64,000 bases of DNA from an uncultured bacterium (GTDB taxonomy: Bacteria > Desulfobacterota_D > UBA1144 > Nemesobacterales > UBA2774): positions 384,001 through 448,000 of the forward strand of contig CAVPJU010000006.1 in assembly GCA_963705505.1 (NCBI GenBank). Reading direction: 5' to 3'. Below the pieces are notes generated by a model. That model was not told the origin of the DNA, ran no database searches, and was given only the letters and a program-made list of their open reading frames with translations. The position numbers and the translations under genes are program-made. The first letter of the stretch is position 1. Every line of letters begins with the position of its first letter. Below, one piece after another: positions 9,280 to 19,330 of the stretch.

Positions 9280-10890
9280 ATGCGCTGCAGGTATTTTCTG
9301 ATAATCCTCTGTCTTTCTCTGATAACGGCATGCGGAAATAACGGTAAGACCGGCACGGGCGCAAGAGACACGATCAACGTAAACCTCGGAAACGAGCCAC
9401 CTTCGCTCGACTGGTCGCTCGCCACGGACAGCACGTCCGTTACGGTCATCAATAACATAATGGAGGGGCTGACAAAGTTCAGCGACGATTTCACACCGGA
9501 GCCCGACCTCGCGGAAAGCTGGCAGATCAGCGGGGACGGGAAGACGTATACGTTTAAGATCAGGGAAGGGGTCAAGTGGACGGACGGCAAACCGCTCACA
9601 GCGGGGGATTTCGAATATTCATGGAAGCGGATTCTGAACCCGGAAACGGGCGGGGACTACGCCTATTCCCTCTACGATGTCGAGAACGCGGAGGAATATA
9701 ATACGGGCAAGATAAAGGACCCGGAGCAGGTCGGCGTAAAAGCGCTCGACGATAAAACCCTTCAGGTAAAACTAAGGAGGCCGGCGGCGTATTTCCCCAG
9801 CATGCTCGCATTCATTACTACATTCCCAGAGAGGAAGGACGTCATAGAGAAACACGGGCTCGAATGGACTGAGCCCGAGAACATCGTTACGCTGGGCCCT
9901 TACAAGCTCACCTCGTGGAAGCACCACGACAGCATAATTCTCACCAAGAACCCCTCGTACTGGGGGGAGAAGCCTAAGATCGATAAAGTCAGACTCATCA
10001 TGAACGAAAACCCGTCGTCCGCCCTTGCCCAGTATGAAAGCGGCGAGCTCGACTATGCGGACAGCAAGAGCATACCGCCCCTCGAAGTGCCGAGGTTAAA
10101 AGACCTCCCGGATTTTACGACGACGCTTCAGTTCAGAGGGAACTACATAGCTTTTAACGTGCAGAAGCCTCCTTTCGACAACCCTCTCGTGAGAAAGGCT
10201 TTCGCCGCGTCCATAGACAGGAAGAGCATAGTGGACCTTATTCAGGGAGCGGGGATCATGACAAAATCCTGGATACCCAAGAATATGCTCGGCTACAACC
10301 CGGACATAGGGATCGACTTTAACCCCGAGCAGGCGAGGGAGTGGCTAAAGGAAGCCGGATACCCGGGCGGGAAAGGGTTCCCGGCTGTGACGTTCCTCTG
10401 GCCCGACGTGAGCAACAACAGGGTAATCGCGGAGGCGCTTCAGAGCATGTGGAAGGAGTATCTGGGAGTCGAGGTCGAGCTTATGAACCAGGAATGGAAG
10501 GTGTACCTGAGCACTATAAATACGGACCCTCCGGAGATCCACAGGGCCGGCTGGGGGGCCGATTTCCCCGACCCGCACAACTTCATGTCGCTATTCACAT
10601 GCTCGTCAGGGAACAACAGGACGAGGTGGTGCAACAGGGAATACGACGCTCTGGTAGAGAAAGCTGCGCAGGAGCTCGACCCCGGAAAGAGGAAGGCGCT
10701 TTACGACCAGGCGCAAAAGATACTTTTGGAAACCGACACGCCCATAGCGCCCTTTTATATATCGAACCAGCAGAACATGATAAAGCCCTATGTAAAAGGG
10801 CTTAAGCCGAACCCGCTCGACCTTGTTATATACAAGTACGTGTATTTCGAGGACGGCGGAGCGAAGGACACGAACGAGTCGGCGAACTAG
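9280..10890 (+). CDS. oppA: Peptide ABC transporter substrate-binding lipoprotein (OppA/family 5)
   Basis: Lipobox ITAC, EPPSLD, DGKTYTFKIR, GPYKL, GWGADFPDP; no oppBCDF adjacent. Confidence 0.9.
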   Translation: MRCRYFLIILCLSLITACGNNGKTGTGARDTINVNLGNEPPSLDWSLATDSTSVTVINNIMEGLTKFSDDFTPEPDLAESWQISGDGKTYTFKIREGVKWTDGKPLTAGDFEYSWKRILNPETGGDYAYSLYDVENAEEYNTGKIKDPEQVGVKALDDKTLQVKLRRPAAYFPSMLAFITTFPERKDVIEKHGLEWTEPENIVTLGPYKLTSWKHHDSIILTKNPSYWGEKPKIDKVRLIMNENPSSALAQYESGELDYADSKSIPPLEVPRLKDLPDFTTTLQFRGNYIAFNVQKPPFDNPLVRKAFAASIDRKSIVDLIQGAGIMTKSWIPKNMLGYNPDIGIDFNPEQAREWLKEAGYPGGKGFPAVTFLWPDVSNNRVIAEALQSMWKEYLGVEVELMNQEWKVYLSTINTDPPEIHRAGWGADFPDPHNFMSLFTCSSGNNRTRWCNREYDALVEKAAQELDPGKRKALYDQAQKILLETDTPIAPFYISNQQNMIKPYVKGLKPNPLDLVIYKYVYFEDGGAKDTNESAN

Positions 10891-10914
10891 GTTAATCCCA
10901 CACGGAAAAGAAAG

Positions 10915-11245
10915 ATTACCCCCACCTTTATCCTGATTTGGATTAAGCAGCATTGAGCCGGGAGCTAAGATGCTTTGGTGCTTTTGATTGTTCCTACCGT
11001 GGAGAGGGAAGTAAAAAAGAAGAAAAACTAAATCCTCCCTAGCCCTCCTTTTTCTAAGGAGGGGATTAAAAAGAAAAGCGAAAGAAAGCATTTCTCGCGT
11101 GCGCTCGAAATGACAGGATTGGTTAAGCGGAGGAGTAATGCAGAAATCGTATATGAACACACATTGTGTGGATTCCCGATAAAAGCATTCGGGAATGACA
11201 AAAGGAGAAAATCCACCCTGACCCTCCTTTACAAAAGGAGGGAAT
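10915..11245. repeat. Cluster of short palindromic REP-like elements between convergent genes
   Basis: CCCTCCTT-N-AAGGAGGG hairpins at ~11030-11066 and ~11209-11244; GGATTCCCG..CGGGAATGACA at ~11168-11200; ATTTC..GAAATGACA at ~11088-11115. Confidence 0.75.
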
Positions 11246-11334
11246 GTAAAGAAAAAGATGAGATTTCGCGGCTCTTATAAGCAGGCGCTAAGATATGGAA
11301 ATCTTACGCATAAACCTCTATTGCCGTAAAAGGA

Positions 11335-12387
11335 TCAGCCTTTGAAATATGGGATGATGTCTTTTGCATAAGACTTGAGAGCCTTCTCGGGGTCGGGGCT
11401 GAATCTATAGAAAAGCACGAAATGCCTTACGCCCTTGCTAATATATTTCTCGATCTTCTTTATGCAATCCTTCACAGATCCTGTAATTGTAAAATCTATA
11501 ATGGCTTCCCTAGGGAAGAACTGTCCTATCTGCCTGAACTTCTGCCTGCCCGCCTCGTCCTGAGGGATGACGTTGAAATAATTAAGACCCTGGTATTCCT
11601 CGGGGATCTTTACATCGTATCCGGCTTTCTGAAGCTGATCCTGCATCACGAGCACGTATTTAAAGGGCTCGAGCGTCTTATAGGCCTCGTCCTCGTTCTT
11701 ACCGAGGGACGTAAACACCCAGAGAGCCGGGTCGATTTCTTTCATCTTGCGCCCCGCGTCCTTTGCGCTCTCCTTTATCACACCGAGATACTCGGCGTAG
11801 AGCTTCGGGTTTAAGTCTATCGGCAGCCATCCGTCGCCTAATTCGCCGACGAGCTTCAACCCTTTCGGAGTATGTGTAGCTAAATAGGTCGGAATCCTGT
11901 TCCTCTTGTAGGGCTTGACCTGTAAGAAGGCGCCCTTCATCTCGAAGAACTCGCCCTTATAATCGACGGGCCCTTCGGCGGCCCATAATTTCTGCATCAC
12001 CTGCATCGATTCCCTGAGTCTCGTAAGCGGCTTATTCCATTTTATCCCGTAAGCGTCGAGGTTCATGGACTCGCCCACGCCCAGTGTCAATGTAACCCTG
12101 CCTTTCGATAGGTGGTCTATGGAAGCAAGGCGCTGTGCGAAAACAGCGGGGTGCATCCTGTGAGGGTCGGATACCGTGCCGAGGCTGATGTTTTTCGTCA
12201 TCATTGCGGCTGCGGTAGCTATTGTCCACGCCTCATGCGCTTCCGTAGGGGAAACAAAAACCACATGGTCGGGATACCAGACAGTATCGAATCCGAGCTT
12301 GTCGGCCATTACCGAAAACTTGAGTAGACCATCCATATCAGCCCCGGGCATAGGGGCGGAAAGTCCGAATTTTATCTCTTTAGCCAT
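11335..12387 (-). CDS. LLM-class oxidoreductase, probably F420-dependent (Rv2951c/Fgd-like subgroup)
   Basis: GFDTVWYPDH, DPHRMHPAVFAQ, LGVGESMNLDAYG, GDGWLP. Confidence 0.85.
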   Translation of the reverse strand: MAKEIKFGLSAPMPGADMDGLLKFSVMADKLGFDTVWYPDHVVFVSPTEAHEAWTIATAAAMMTKNISLGTVSDPHRMHPAVFAQRLASIDHLSKGRVTLTLGVGESMNLDAYGIKWNKPLTRLRESMQVMQKLWAAEGPVDYKGEFFEMKGAFLQVKPYKRNRIPTYLATHTPKGLKLVGELGDGWLPIDLNPKLYAEYLGVIKESAKDAGRKMKEIDPALWVFTSLGKNEDEAYKTLEPFKYVLVMQDQLQKAGYDVKIPEEYQGLNYFNVIPQDEAGRQKFRQIGQFFPREAIIDFTITGSVKDCIKKIEKYISKGVRHFVLFYRFSPDPEKALKSYAKDIIPYFKG

Positions 12388-12562
12388 TTTTTACACCTCG
12401 CTTAAGATTGTGCTTTTCATTATAAACCGAAGAGAACGAAAAACACAATACTTCTATAACACGAAAAGCCTTACGGGTGTAATTAAACCGATTACGGTTG
12501 GATTTAATTAAACAGCCGGTGTTATAATAAATCCTTACCCGTCGATATAAGGAGGATAAGCC

Positions 12563-13585
12563 ATGAAATTCGGTGTGGGACTATTCGGAATGCAGACGCA
12601 TCAGGAGCTTCCTTACACGCATCCCGAGCTATATAAGAACACGCTCGAGCAGGTCAAGCTCGCCGAGAGCGTGAATTTCGATTCCGCATGGATATCGGAG
12701 CACCACTTTCTCGACGACGGATACTGCCCCTCCCCGGCTGTCATTGCGGCAGCGATGGCGGCGGTGACTTCGAGGATAAAAATTGGCTCGTCGGGCATCA
12801 TACTGCCCCTTCATAACCCGATCCGTGTCGCTGAGGACGCGGCGGTAGTAGATAACATCTCGAACGGGAGATTCAATTTAGGGGTGGTGCTCGGGTACAG
12901 GAAAGAGGAGTACGAAGGGATGGGCGTGCCGATGAAGCAGAGGCCCTCCAGAATGGACGAGGGGATAGAGGTTCTGGAAAAAGCGCTCAAAGGCGAGAAA
13001 TTCTCATACGAAGGGAAAAGGTATAAGTTCGAGAACGCGAAACTGACCCCGCGTCCCGTCCAGAATCCGATACCGATTTATATTGGGGCTTTCGAGGAGC
13101 CCGCGATAAGACGGGCAGGCAGGTTCGGATACCCCCTCCTGATTGGTCCCGGCAGGACTGTGGACATGGTGAGGGACACGCTCGGATACTACAACGATGA
13201 GGCGAAGAAATCGGGCAGGGACCCCGGGAGCGTCGAGCACATACTCCTGAGGGAGACATTCGTATCGCCCGACAGGAAGAAAGCGGTCGAAGGGGGGAAT
13301 AAGTACATTATCAGCATGTATAGATTCTATTTCTCACTCGGCGTAAAGATGTTCGTGAGGGGGAAGCAGCTCACGGGATTAGAGGACCCTCTTTTCGAGC
13401 ACCTTGCCGAAGACCGGTTCATAATCGGGACGCCCGAAGACTGCATCGAGGAGATAAAGATGTACAGGGATAAACTGGGTATCAACTATATCGCCTGCCG
13501 GATGGTATTCCCCCAGGCGACGCATGAGATAATCACGGAACTAATAAAAACATTCGGGAACAAAGTTATCCCGAATATCGGGTGA
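12563..13585 (+). CDS. LLM-class flavin-dependent oxidoreductase
   Basis: FDSAWISEHHF, LPLHNPIRVAEDAAVVD, GYRKEEY, IIGTPEDC. Confidence 0.92.
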   Translation: MKFGVGLFGMQTHQELPYTHPELYKNTLEQVKLAESVNFDSAWISEHHFLDDGYCPSPAVIAAAMAAVTSRIKIGSSGIILPLHNPIRVAEDAAVVDNISNGRFNLGVVLGYRKEEYEGMGVPMKQRPSRMDEGIEVLEKALKGEKFSYEGKRYKFENAKLTPRPVQNPIPIYIGAFEEPAIRRAGRFGYPLLIGPGRTVDMVRDTLGYYNDEAKKSGRDPGSVEHILLRETFVSPDRKKAVEGGNKYIISMYRFYFSLGVKMFVRGKQLTGLEDPLFEHLAEDRFIIGTPEDCIEEIKMYRDKLGINYIACRMVFPQATHEIITELIKTFGNKVIPNIG

Positions 13586-13710
13586 GATTATAAAGGGTTC
13601 AGCTTGATATTCCCGAACAATCGGCGAAAGCCCGGTTTAATTTCAGCTTTACTTGAATTCTCAAAACCTGAAAGTTATGATGTATGTAAATTAACGCTCT
13701 TTAAAAATTT

Positions 13711-13884
13711 ATAGGTATAAGGTGCTTTCAGCTTAAAAGGGAAATCCGGTGTAGAATCCGGTGCAGCCCCTCGCTGCTGTAAGTAGTCCGTAAAGTCCCC
13801 CGCATTATGCCACTGGAGTCGGTTTTCCGGGAAGGCGCAGGGGAGTCCAGAGGCTACGAGCCAGAATATCTGCCTTATAACTGT
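13711..13884 (+). ncRNA. Cobalamin (AdoCbl) riboswitch
   Basis: GGTG..AAAAGGGAAATCCGGTGTAGAATCCGGTGCAGCCCC..CTGTAAG, GCCACTG..CGGGAAGGC, B12-box AGCCAGAATATCTGCC; P1 TATAAGG/CCTTATA; upstream of TonB receptor and btu ABC genes. Confidence 0.93.
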
Positions 13885-13916
13885 GAATTTACTTTTCTTC
13901 GGGGAGGAGAAAGTAA

Positions 13917-15854
13917 ATGGATTTGCAATCCAACCTGCCCCCCGGCTGCCGCTCGGCTGAACCGGGGGTGCCCGTGATAAAAGTTTTCTTATCCGCATTT
14001 CTTATCATCTCTTCGATATCGGCGTACGCCCAGGAAGATAAGGGAGAAACGCTTGAGGAAGTGGTCGTTGAAGGCACTCCCGTAGAGCCGCCTCTCGATT
14101 ATCCGTCCGCCTTTTCGACCGTCATAGACCTCGATGATTTTCAGGGCGAGTACAACACCGCGTCTGAAATCCTCTCGTTCTCTCCGGGCGTTGTCGTTCG
14201 CGACTACGGAGGGTTCGGACAGCTGAAGACCATGTCCATAAGGGGCTCGTCGAACGACCAGGTGGTGATACTGCTCGACGGCGTGAGGCTCAATAACCCC
14301 ATAGGGGGAGGCGTCGACCTCTCGACGATACCCCTCAACTACGTGGAGAAATTCGAAATAATCCGGGGGGGAGCGTCCGCATTCGCCGGCACGGACGCGA
14401 TCGGGGGCCTGGTCAACATAGTAACTAAGAAAACGGATAAACCGTTCACGTTCGGCTCCGCGACGTACGGCTCGTACCAGACGTTCGGGCTCAACCTGTC
14501 GAGGGCGCAGAAGGTGGGGGACTTCAGCTATCTGGTCTCGTTCGCACACGCCCAGAGCGAGGGGGACTTTAAGTTCAAGTCGGTAAACGACCTCATACTC
14601 ACGAGGATAAACAACCAATTCCACTCGGAAAGCTTTCTCGGCAAAGTCAGCTACGACCCGGGGAACGGCTGGCAGATAAACATGCTCAACGAATTTTTCT
14701 ACGACGACAGGGGGGTGCCCGGCCTCGGGGAATTCCAGCAGCCGGACGCAAACCAGAATGATTTGAGGAACCTTACGAGCATAAACATATCCAAGGAAAA
14801 ATTCATGAGGCCCGACACGGACCTCGACATCCTGATATTCAACAGGTTCGACTACCTGAAATTCACGAACCCCGAGCCGACTGTCGGAATCCCGATCAGC
14901 TCGCTCAGCAAAACGTACTCATTCGGCATAAACCCTCAGGTCACGTGGTTTGCCCCTTACAACCAGGTAGTCACGTTCTCGACGGAGCTGATGGAGGAAA
15001 TCCTGCAAAACGACGATTTCGACAACCCGAAGCGGTTCATGTTCAGCTTGTTCGCCGCAGACGAAATAAACCTGCTCGACGATATGATAGTGATAAACCC
15101 CGTCATACGATACGACCTCTGGAATACGACGGGGACAACGACCACGACCGATTCGGGCGTATCCCCTAAACTCGGGGTTATAGTGACGCCGCTGAAATAT
15201 CTCTCGTTCAAGGCGAATATAGGGCGCTCGTACAGGGCGCCCAGCTTCGGAGAGCTCTTCTTCCCGAACGAAGGGTTCATCAGAGGCAATCCGGACCTCA
15301 AGCCCGAAACGGCTTACGACTTCGATATCGGCTTCATACTCTCGCACCCGCGCGGCTCGCTCGAAGTCACGTACTTCAGGAACCACATAGACGACCTCAT
15401 CCTGTTCGTATTCATAAGCGCGCAGACTATCCAGCCTCAAAACGTCGGGAACGTAAACGAGCAGGGGATCGAGACGAGCCTCGTACTGAAGCCGTTTAAA
15501 TATTTTGAACTCTTCGCCGGATACACGTTCCTCGACGGGGAGATAAACGAGACGGGAGCGCAGCTCCCGGGAAGGCCGAGGAACAAGTTCGACCTCAGGG
15601 CGGTATTCAACCTGAACTATGTATCCCTCTTCTGGGAAACCCACTACGTAGACAAAATACCTGTGAGCGCATTCCCGGACTCGGTCACCACGCCCGCGAG
15701 GACAACATACGACGTGGGCGCGAAAGCGGAATGGAAAAAATTCTTTTTTACATTCGAGATAAAGAACCTGTTGAATAACCTCGACGTGAGGGACGCGCTC
15801 GATTTCCCTCTGCCGGGAAGGACGTACTTCGCTACGGCGGGAGTTAATTTCTAA
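13917..15854 (+). CDS. btuB: TonB-dependent receptor, BtuB-like cobalamin receptor
   Basis: EEVVVEG TonB box, SIRGS..QVVILLDG plug, EIIRGGAS..GTDAIGG, GNPDLKPE, C-terminal F; riboswitch context; alternative GTG start at 13974. Confidence 0.85.
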   Translation: MDLQSNLPPGCRSAEPGVPVIKVFLSAFLIISSISAYAQEDKGETLEEVVVEGTPVEPPLDYPSAFSTVIDLDDFQGEYNTASEILSFSPGVVVRDYGGFGQLKTMSIRGSSNDQVVILLDGVRLNNPIGGGVDLSTIPLNYVEKFEIIRGGASAFAGTDAIGGLVNIVTKKTDKPFTFGSATYGSYQTFGLNLSRAQKVGDFSYLVSFAHAQSEGDFKFKSVNDLILTRINNQFHSESFLGKVSYDPGNGWQINMLNEFFYDDRGVPGLGEFQQPDANQNDLRNLTSINISKEKFMRPDTDLDILIFNRFDYLKFTNPEPTVGIPISSLSKTYSFGINPQVTWFAPYNQVVTFSTELMEEILQNDDFDNPKRFMFSLFAADEINLLDDMIVINPVIRYDLWNTTGTTTTTDSGVSPKLGVIVTPLKYLSFKANIGRSYRAPSFGELFFPNEGFIRGNPDLKPETAYDFDIGFILSHPRGSLEVTYFRNHIDDLILFVFISAQTIQPQNVGNVNEQGIETSLVLKPFKYFELFAGYTFLDGEINETGAQLPGRPRNKFDLRAVFNLNYVSLFWETHYVDKIPVSAFPDSVTTPARTTYDVGAKAEWKKFFFTFEIKNLLNNLDVRDALDFPLPGRTYFATAGVNF

Positions 15855-15899
15855 ACGGAAATAAAAATAAAAGAACCATCATCACAGGAGGAATTTCAA

Positions 15900-17400
15900 A
15901 TGAAGACATTATTCTCAGTTCTACTTTTAGGTATGACTTGTCTCGCGCTCGCGGCATGCAACGATACGGGCGGAGGCGGAGGGTTCGTACCTTCGGGCAG
16001 CATACTCGCCGTCGCCCAGAAAGCGGGCTCCGAGGAGACGATTAAGGTGGGGGGACTCCCCGGCGCCGCGCCTTCAGGGAGCACTGTAGAGGTGACGGAT
16101 ATTGATACCGGCCAGACAAAAACGACGACCGCCAATTCGGACGGGAGCTTCGACCCGGCGTTCGTGGGCGATACGGACGATTCCTTTAATGTGGTCGTGA
16201 CGAATGACGGTGGAGTAATAGAAGACATCGTCATAGGCGTTACCCTTCTCTCGGACGCAGTCGAGCAGAATCTGGCCAAGTTAGGAAGCGTACCCGCAGA
16301 CATCGAAATAAGGGGAGACAGGGCGTACGTCGTAAACGGGTTTTCCGATAACATATATGTATTCGACCTGAATCAAAATCCCCCAGAAAAAATAGGTGAA
16401 ATCGGACTCCCACCCAATTCAAATCCCATAGACATGGCTTTCCTGGACGATACGCACGCATACGTGGCTAATAACATAGGGCAGAGCGTTGCCCGAGTAA
16501 ACGTACAAACCAGGGTTTGCGAGGCGCTCATAGTGAGAGCCGGACAGGGCGGCGTGACTGCACCCTGCCAGAGCGTGCTCACAGTCGCGGGAACCCCGTT
16601 CGAGGAGCCCGTAAGAGTAGCCATAACGAAGGGAAGGGTTTATGTGACAAACAATAACCTGGACGAGAATTTCAACCCCATGGGAAACGGATTTATCTCG
16701 ATGATCAACGCGACGAATAATCAGTTCATCGGCACGATACAAGCTACAGGCGTGAATACAACGAGCATGGTCGTCATTGGCGACACACTCTACGCCATGA
16801 ACAACGGAGCGGTGCTTTTCGACCCCGACACGAACGAATTTACATGCGATTTCGATTTCCCGCCCTCGATCGATCTCATAAATACACAGTCAAACGTGCT
16901 GTTCGACACGATCGACATCCCGCTGAGCCCCGAAAACCCGACCGTCTGCCTGCCCAGCCCTCTCGTCGCAACCCCTGACGGAAGGTTCGGGTATACGGGT
17001 CTCGGGTCTCGTGGGCGGGCTCCTCAAAGTGGACCTTATCTCGGGCGACGTGATCAACGGCACCGATAACCCGATAGTAATCACGGACCTTGATTCTCTG
17101 AATTTAACAGCCGATGTCGCAATCAGAGGCAACCTGCTCTTCACAACGCTCTTCGACACAGACCAGATAGCGGTAGTCGATACGGACACGGACGAGGTGA
17201 GCCCGTTCCCGTACATCGCTCCTTTCCCGGCCGGCATAAGGGCGTTCGATCCGGGCTCGGATTTATTCGACGGCGTGCAGTCGCTCGCGATAAGGCCGGG
17301 CGTGCCGGGAGTCGACTTCGACGGTCCGGATATATTTTTCATCACGGGTATAAGCCAGCAGCTTGGCTCGGTGGATACGACACTCGGCCTCGTGGAATAA
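15900..17400 (+). CDS. Lipoprotein with N-terminal Ig-like and YncE-like beta-propeller domains (BtuG-like); split by +1 frameshift at ~17005
   Basis: Lipobox LAAC; repeated AYVVN/AYVAN/VYVTN blades; removing one G in GGG 17004-17006 joins ORFs 15900..17069 and 17011..17400 into 500 codons. Confidence 0.75.
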
Positions 17401-17497
17401 AAACGTTTGCATAAATATCTAAAGCCGTTAATGATAATTAAACGGGGAGAGGGCAGCATCCATTCTCCCCGGAATTATCCGAGGGAGGCATTTAAAA

Positions 17498-18445
17498 ATG
17501 CGTATATGTTCATTCCTTCCGAGCACGACCGAGATTCTGTACGCCCTCGGGTTGGGGGAGAGCGTGACGGGCGTGACGCACGAATGCGATTATCCTCCGG
17601 AGGCGCGGGAGAAAAAAAGGGTCATCATGAGCTTCATAGACCCTGAGAAACTTTCGAGCCGCGAAATAGACGAGCTTGTCAGCAGGAATGCCGCGGAAGG
17701 GAAGAGCACATACCTGATAGATAAAGACGCTCTCAAAGAAGCGGACCCCGACCTCATACTGACACAGGAGCTCTGCGAGGTATGCGCCGTATCCGGGAAC
17801 GAGGTAGCAGAAGCGACAAAAGTATTGGGCCATACCCCGGATATAATTTCTTTAGAGCCGAGGACGCTCGACGAGATACTGGAAACGATCAATATAATAG
17901 GCGAAGCGACGGGGACGAGCGACATAGCGCGTGAAGTCACGGAGAAGCTCAGGCACAGGATAGAGAAGATAAGGTCGCTCCTCCGGGACGAGAGGGACCG
18001 GCCGAGGGTCTTCTGCATGGAGTGGCTCGACCCGCCTTACGTCGCCGGGCACTGGGTGCCGGAAATGGTCGCGATCGCAGGGGGCGAATGCGGAATAGGA
18101 AAAGCAGGCGAGCCCTCTTTTAAGGTCTCGTGGAAAGACATAGCGGATTTCGCGCCGCAGATGCTCTTTATAATGCCGTGCGGCTATGATATAGAAAAAA
18201 CACTCGGCGAAATCAATACGGTTATGCAGCACGAGGAGTGGTTTTCGCTGCCGTCCACGGGCAAGGGCCAGATTTACATATTCGACGCTAACTCATATTT
18301 CAGCAGGCCGGGGCCGAGGGTCGTCGACGGGCTCGAGATATTCGCCAAGACCATCCACCCGGAGCTGATGAAAAGCTACGAACCTCCGCCCGACTCGGTA
18401 ATCAATCTGAGGAACTATATGCAGTTCGAATTATTCTTAGGATAG
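17498..18445 (+). CDS. Cobalamin-binding protein-like (class III SBP fold) without signal peptide
   Basis: MRICSFLPSTTEILYALG, GVTHECDYP, TQELCEVCAV, EWLDPP..GHWVPEM, FSRPGPR. Confidence 0.85.
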   Translation: MRICSFLPSTTEILYALGLGESVTGVTHECDYPPEAREKKRVIMSFIDPEKLSSREIDELVSRNAAEGKSTYLIDKDALKEADPDLILTQELCEVCAVSGNEVAEATKVLGHTPDIISLEPRTLDEILETINIIGEATGTSDIAREVTEKLRHRIEKIRSLLRDERDRPRVFCMEWLDPPYVAGHWVPEMVAIAGGECGIGKAGEPSFKVSWKDIADFAPQMLFIMPCGYDIEKTLGEINTVMQHEEWFSLPSTGKGQIYIFDANSYFSRPGPRVVDGLEIFAKTIHPELMKSYEPPPDSVINLRNYMQFELFLG

Positions 18446-18448
18446 GAA

Positions 18449-19330
18449 ATGATAAAAAAATCCCTGCTAACAATTATAATCCTCGCAATCGTAACGGCAT
18501 CGTGCCTGAAAGCCGTTGCGGCAGACACACCCAAGCGTATAGTCTCGCTCTCTCCGAACCTGACCGATATGATCTATGCGCTCGGGGAGCTCGATAAGGT
18601 AGTGGGCGTAACGATTTATTCGGATTTCCCGCCCAGTGCGAAGACTCTGCCGAAGGTGGGAGGCTGGATCAATCCCAACTACGAAGCCATACTCGCGCTC
18701 AGGCCCGATCTCGTCGTTCTTATGAAGGACCAGGACACGATATTCGGCGAGAAAATAAGGAAGCTCGGGCTCAAAACTCTCGTTACGAACAGCAACGATT
18801 CCATAAACGATATATTGAAGACGATAACCAACATGGGGGAGGTATTGGGCAGAGAGACCGAGGCGAAGAGAATGGTCTCCGATATGGAAAAGAGACTCGA
18901 AGCTATAAGGGAGAGAACGGAAGGAGTGCCGAAGAAGAAGGTCCTTCTTGTTGTCGGAAGGAACCCGGGAACCCTTGAGGACATCTACGTGATCGGGCGG
19001 AATAACTACATTAACGAGCTGATCGAATTATCCGGAGGGGTAAACGCGGTCGAAAATACGAGGCTCTCGATAAAGATCACGAAAGAGGCTATACTGACAC
19101 TCGACCCGGACGTAATAATCGAAATAAACCACGAAAAGCTGAACAAGGAAGCCGAAATCCTCGGCACATGGAGCATTCTCCACGAGTCGAGGGCCGTAAG
19201 CAGCGGTCAGGTCTATATACTGCCGAGCACCGTGCTCCTTCATCCGAGCCAGAGGATCGTTGAGGGCGCGGAGGTTTTGACAGAACTACTTCACCCCGAA
19301 TTGAAGGACAAATATGGAAACAATAATTGA
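18449..19330 (+). CDS. btuF: Periplasmic cobalamin/Fe-siderophore ABC substrate-binding protein (BtuF-like)
   Basis: Signal peptide, PKRIVSLSPNLTDMIYALG, PNYEAILALRPDLV. Confidence 0.8.
   Translation: MIKKSLLTIIILAIVTASCLKAVAADTPKRIVSLSPNLTDMIYALGELDKVVGVTIYSDFPPSAKTLPKVGGWINPNYEAILALRPDLVVLMKDQDTIFGEKIRKLGLKTLVTNSNDSINDILKTITNMGEVLGRETEAKRMVSDMEKRLEAIRERTEGVPKKKVLLVVGRNPGTLEDIYVIGRNNYINELIELSGGVNAVENTRLSIKITKEAILTLDPDVIIEINHEKLNKEAEILGTWSILHESRAVSSGQVYILPSTVLLHPSQRIVEGAEVLTELLHPELKDKYGNNN

Noticed and set aside
10606..11216. ORFs 10606..11160 and 11028..11216 on the minus strand
   Set aside because: Antisense to oppA and/or made of REP-like repeats
13675..13998. 107-aa minus-strand ORF
   Set aside because: Antisense shadow of the cobalamin riboswitch
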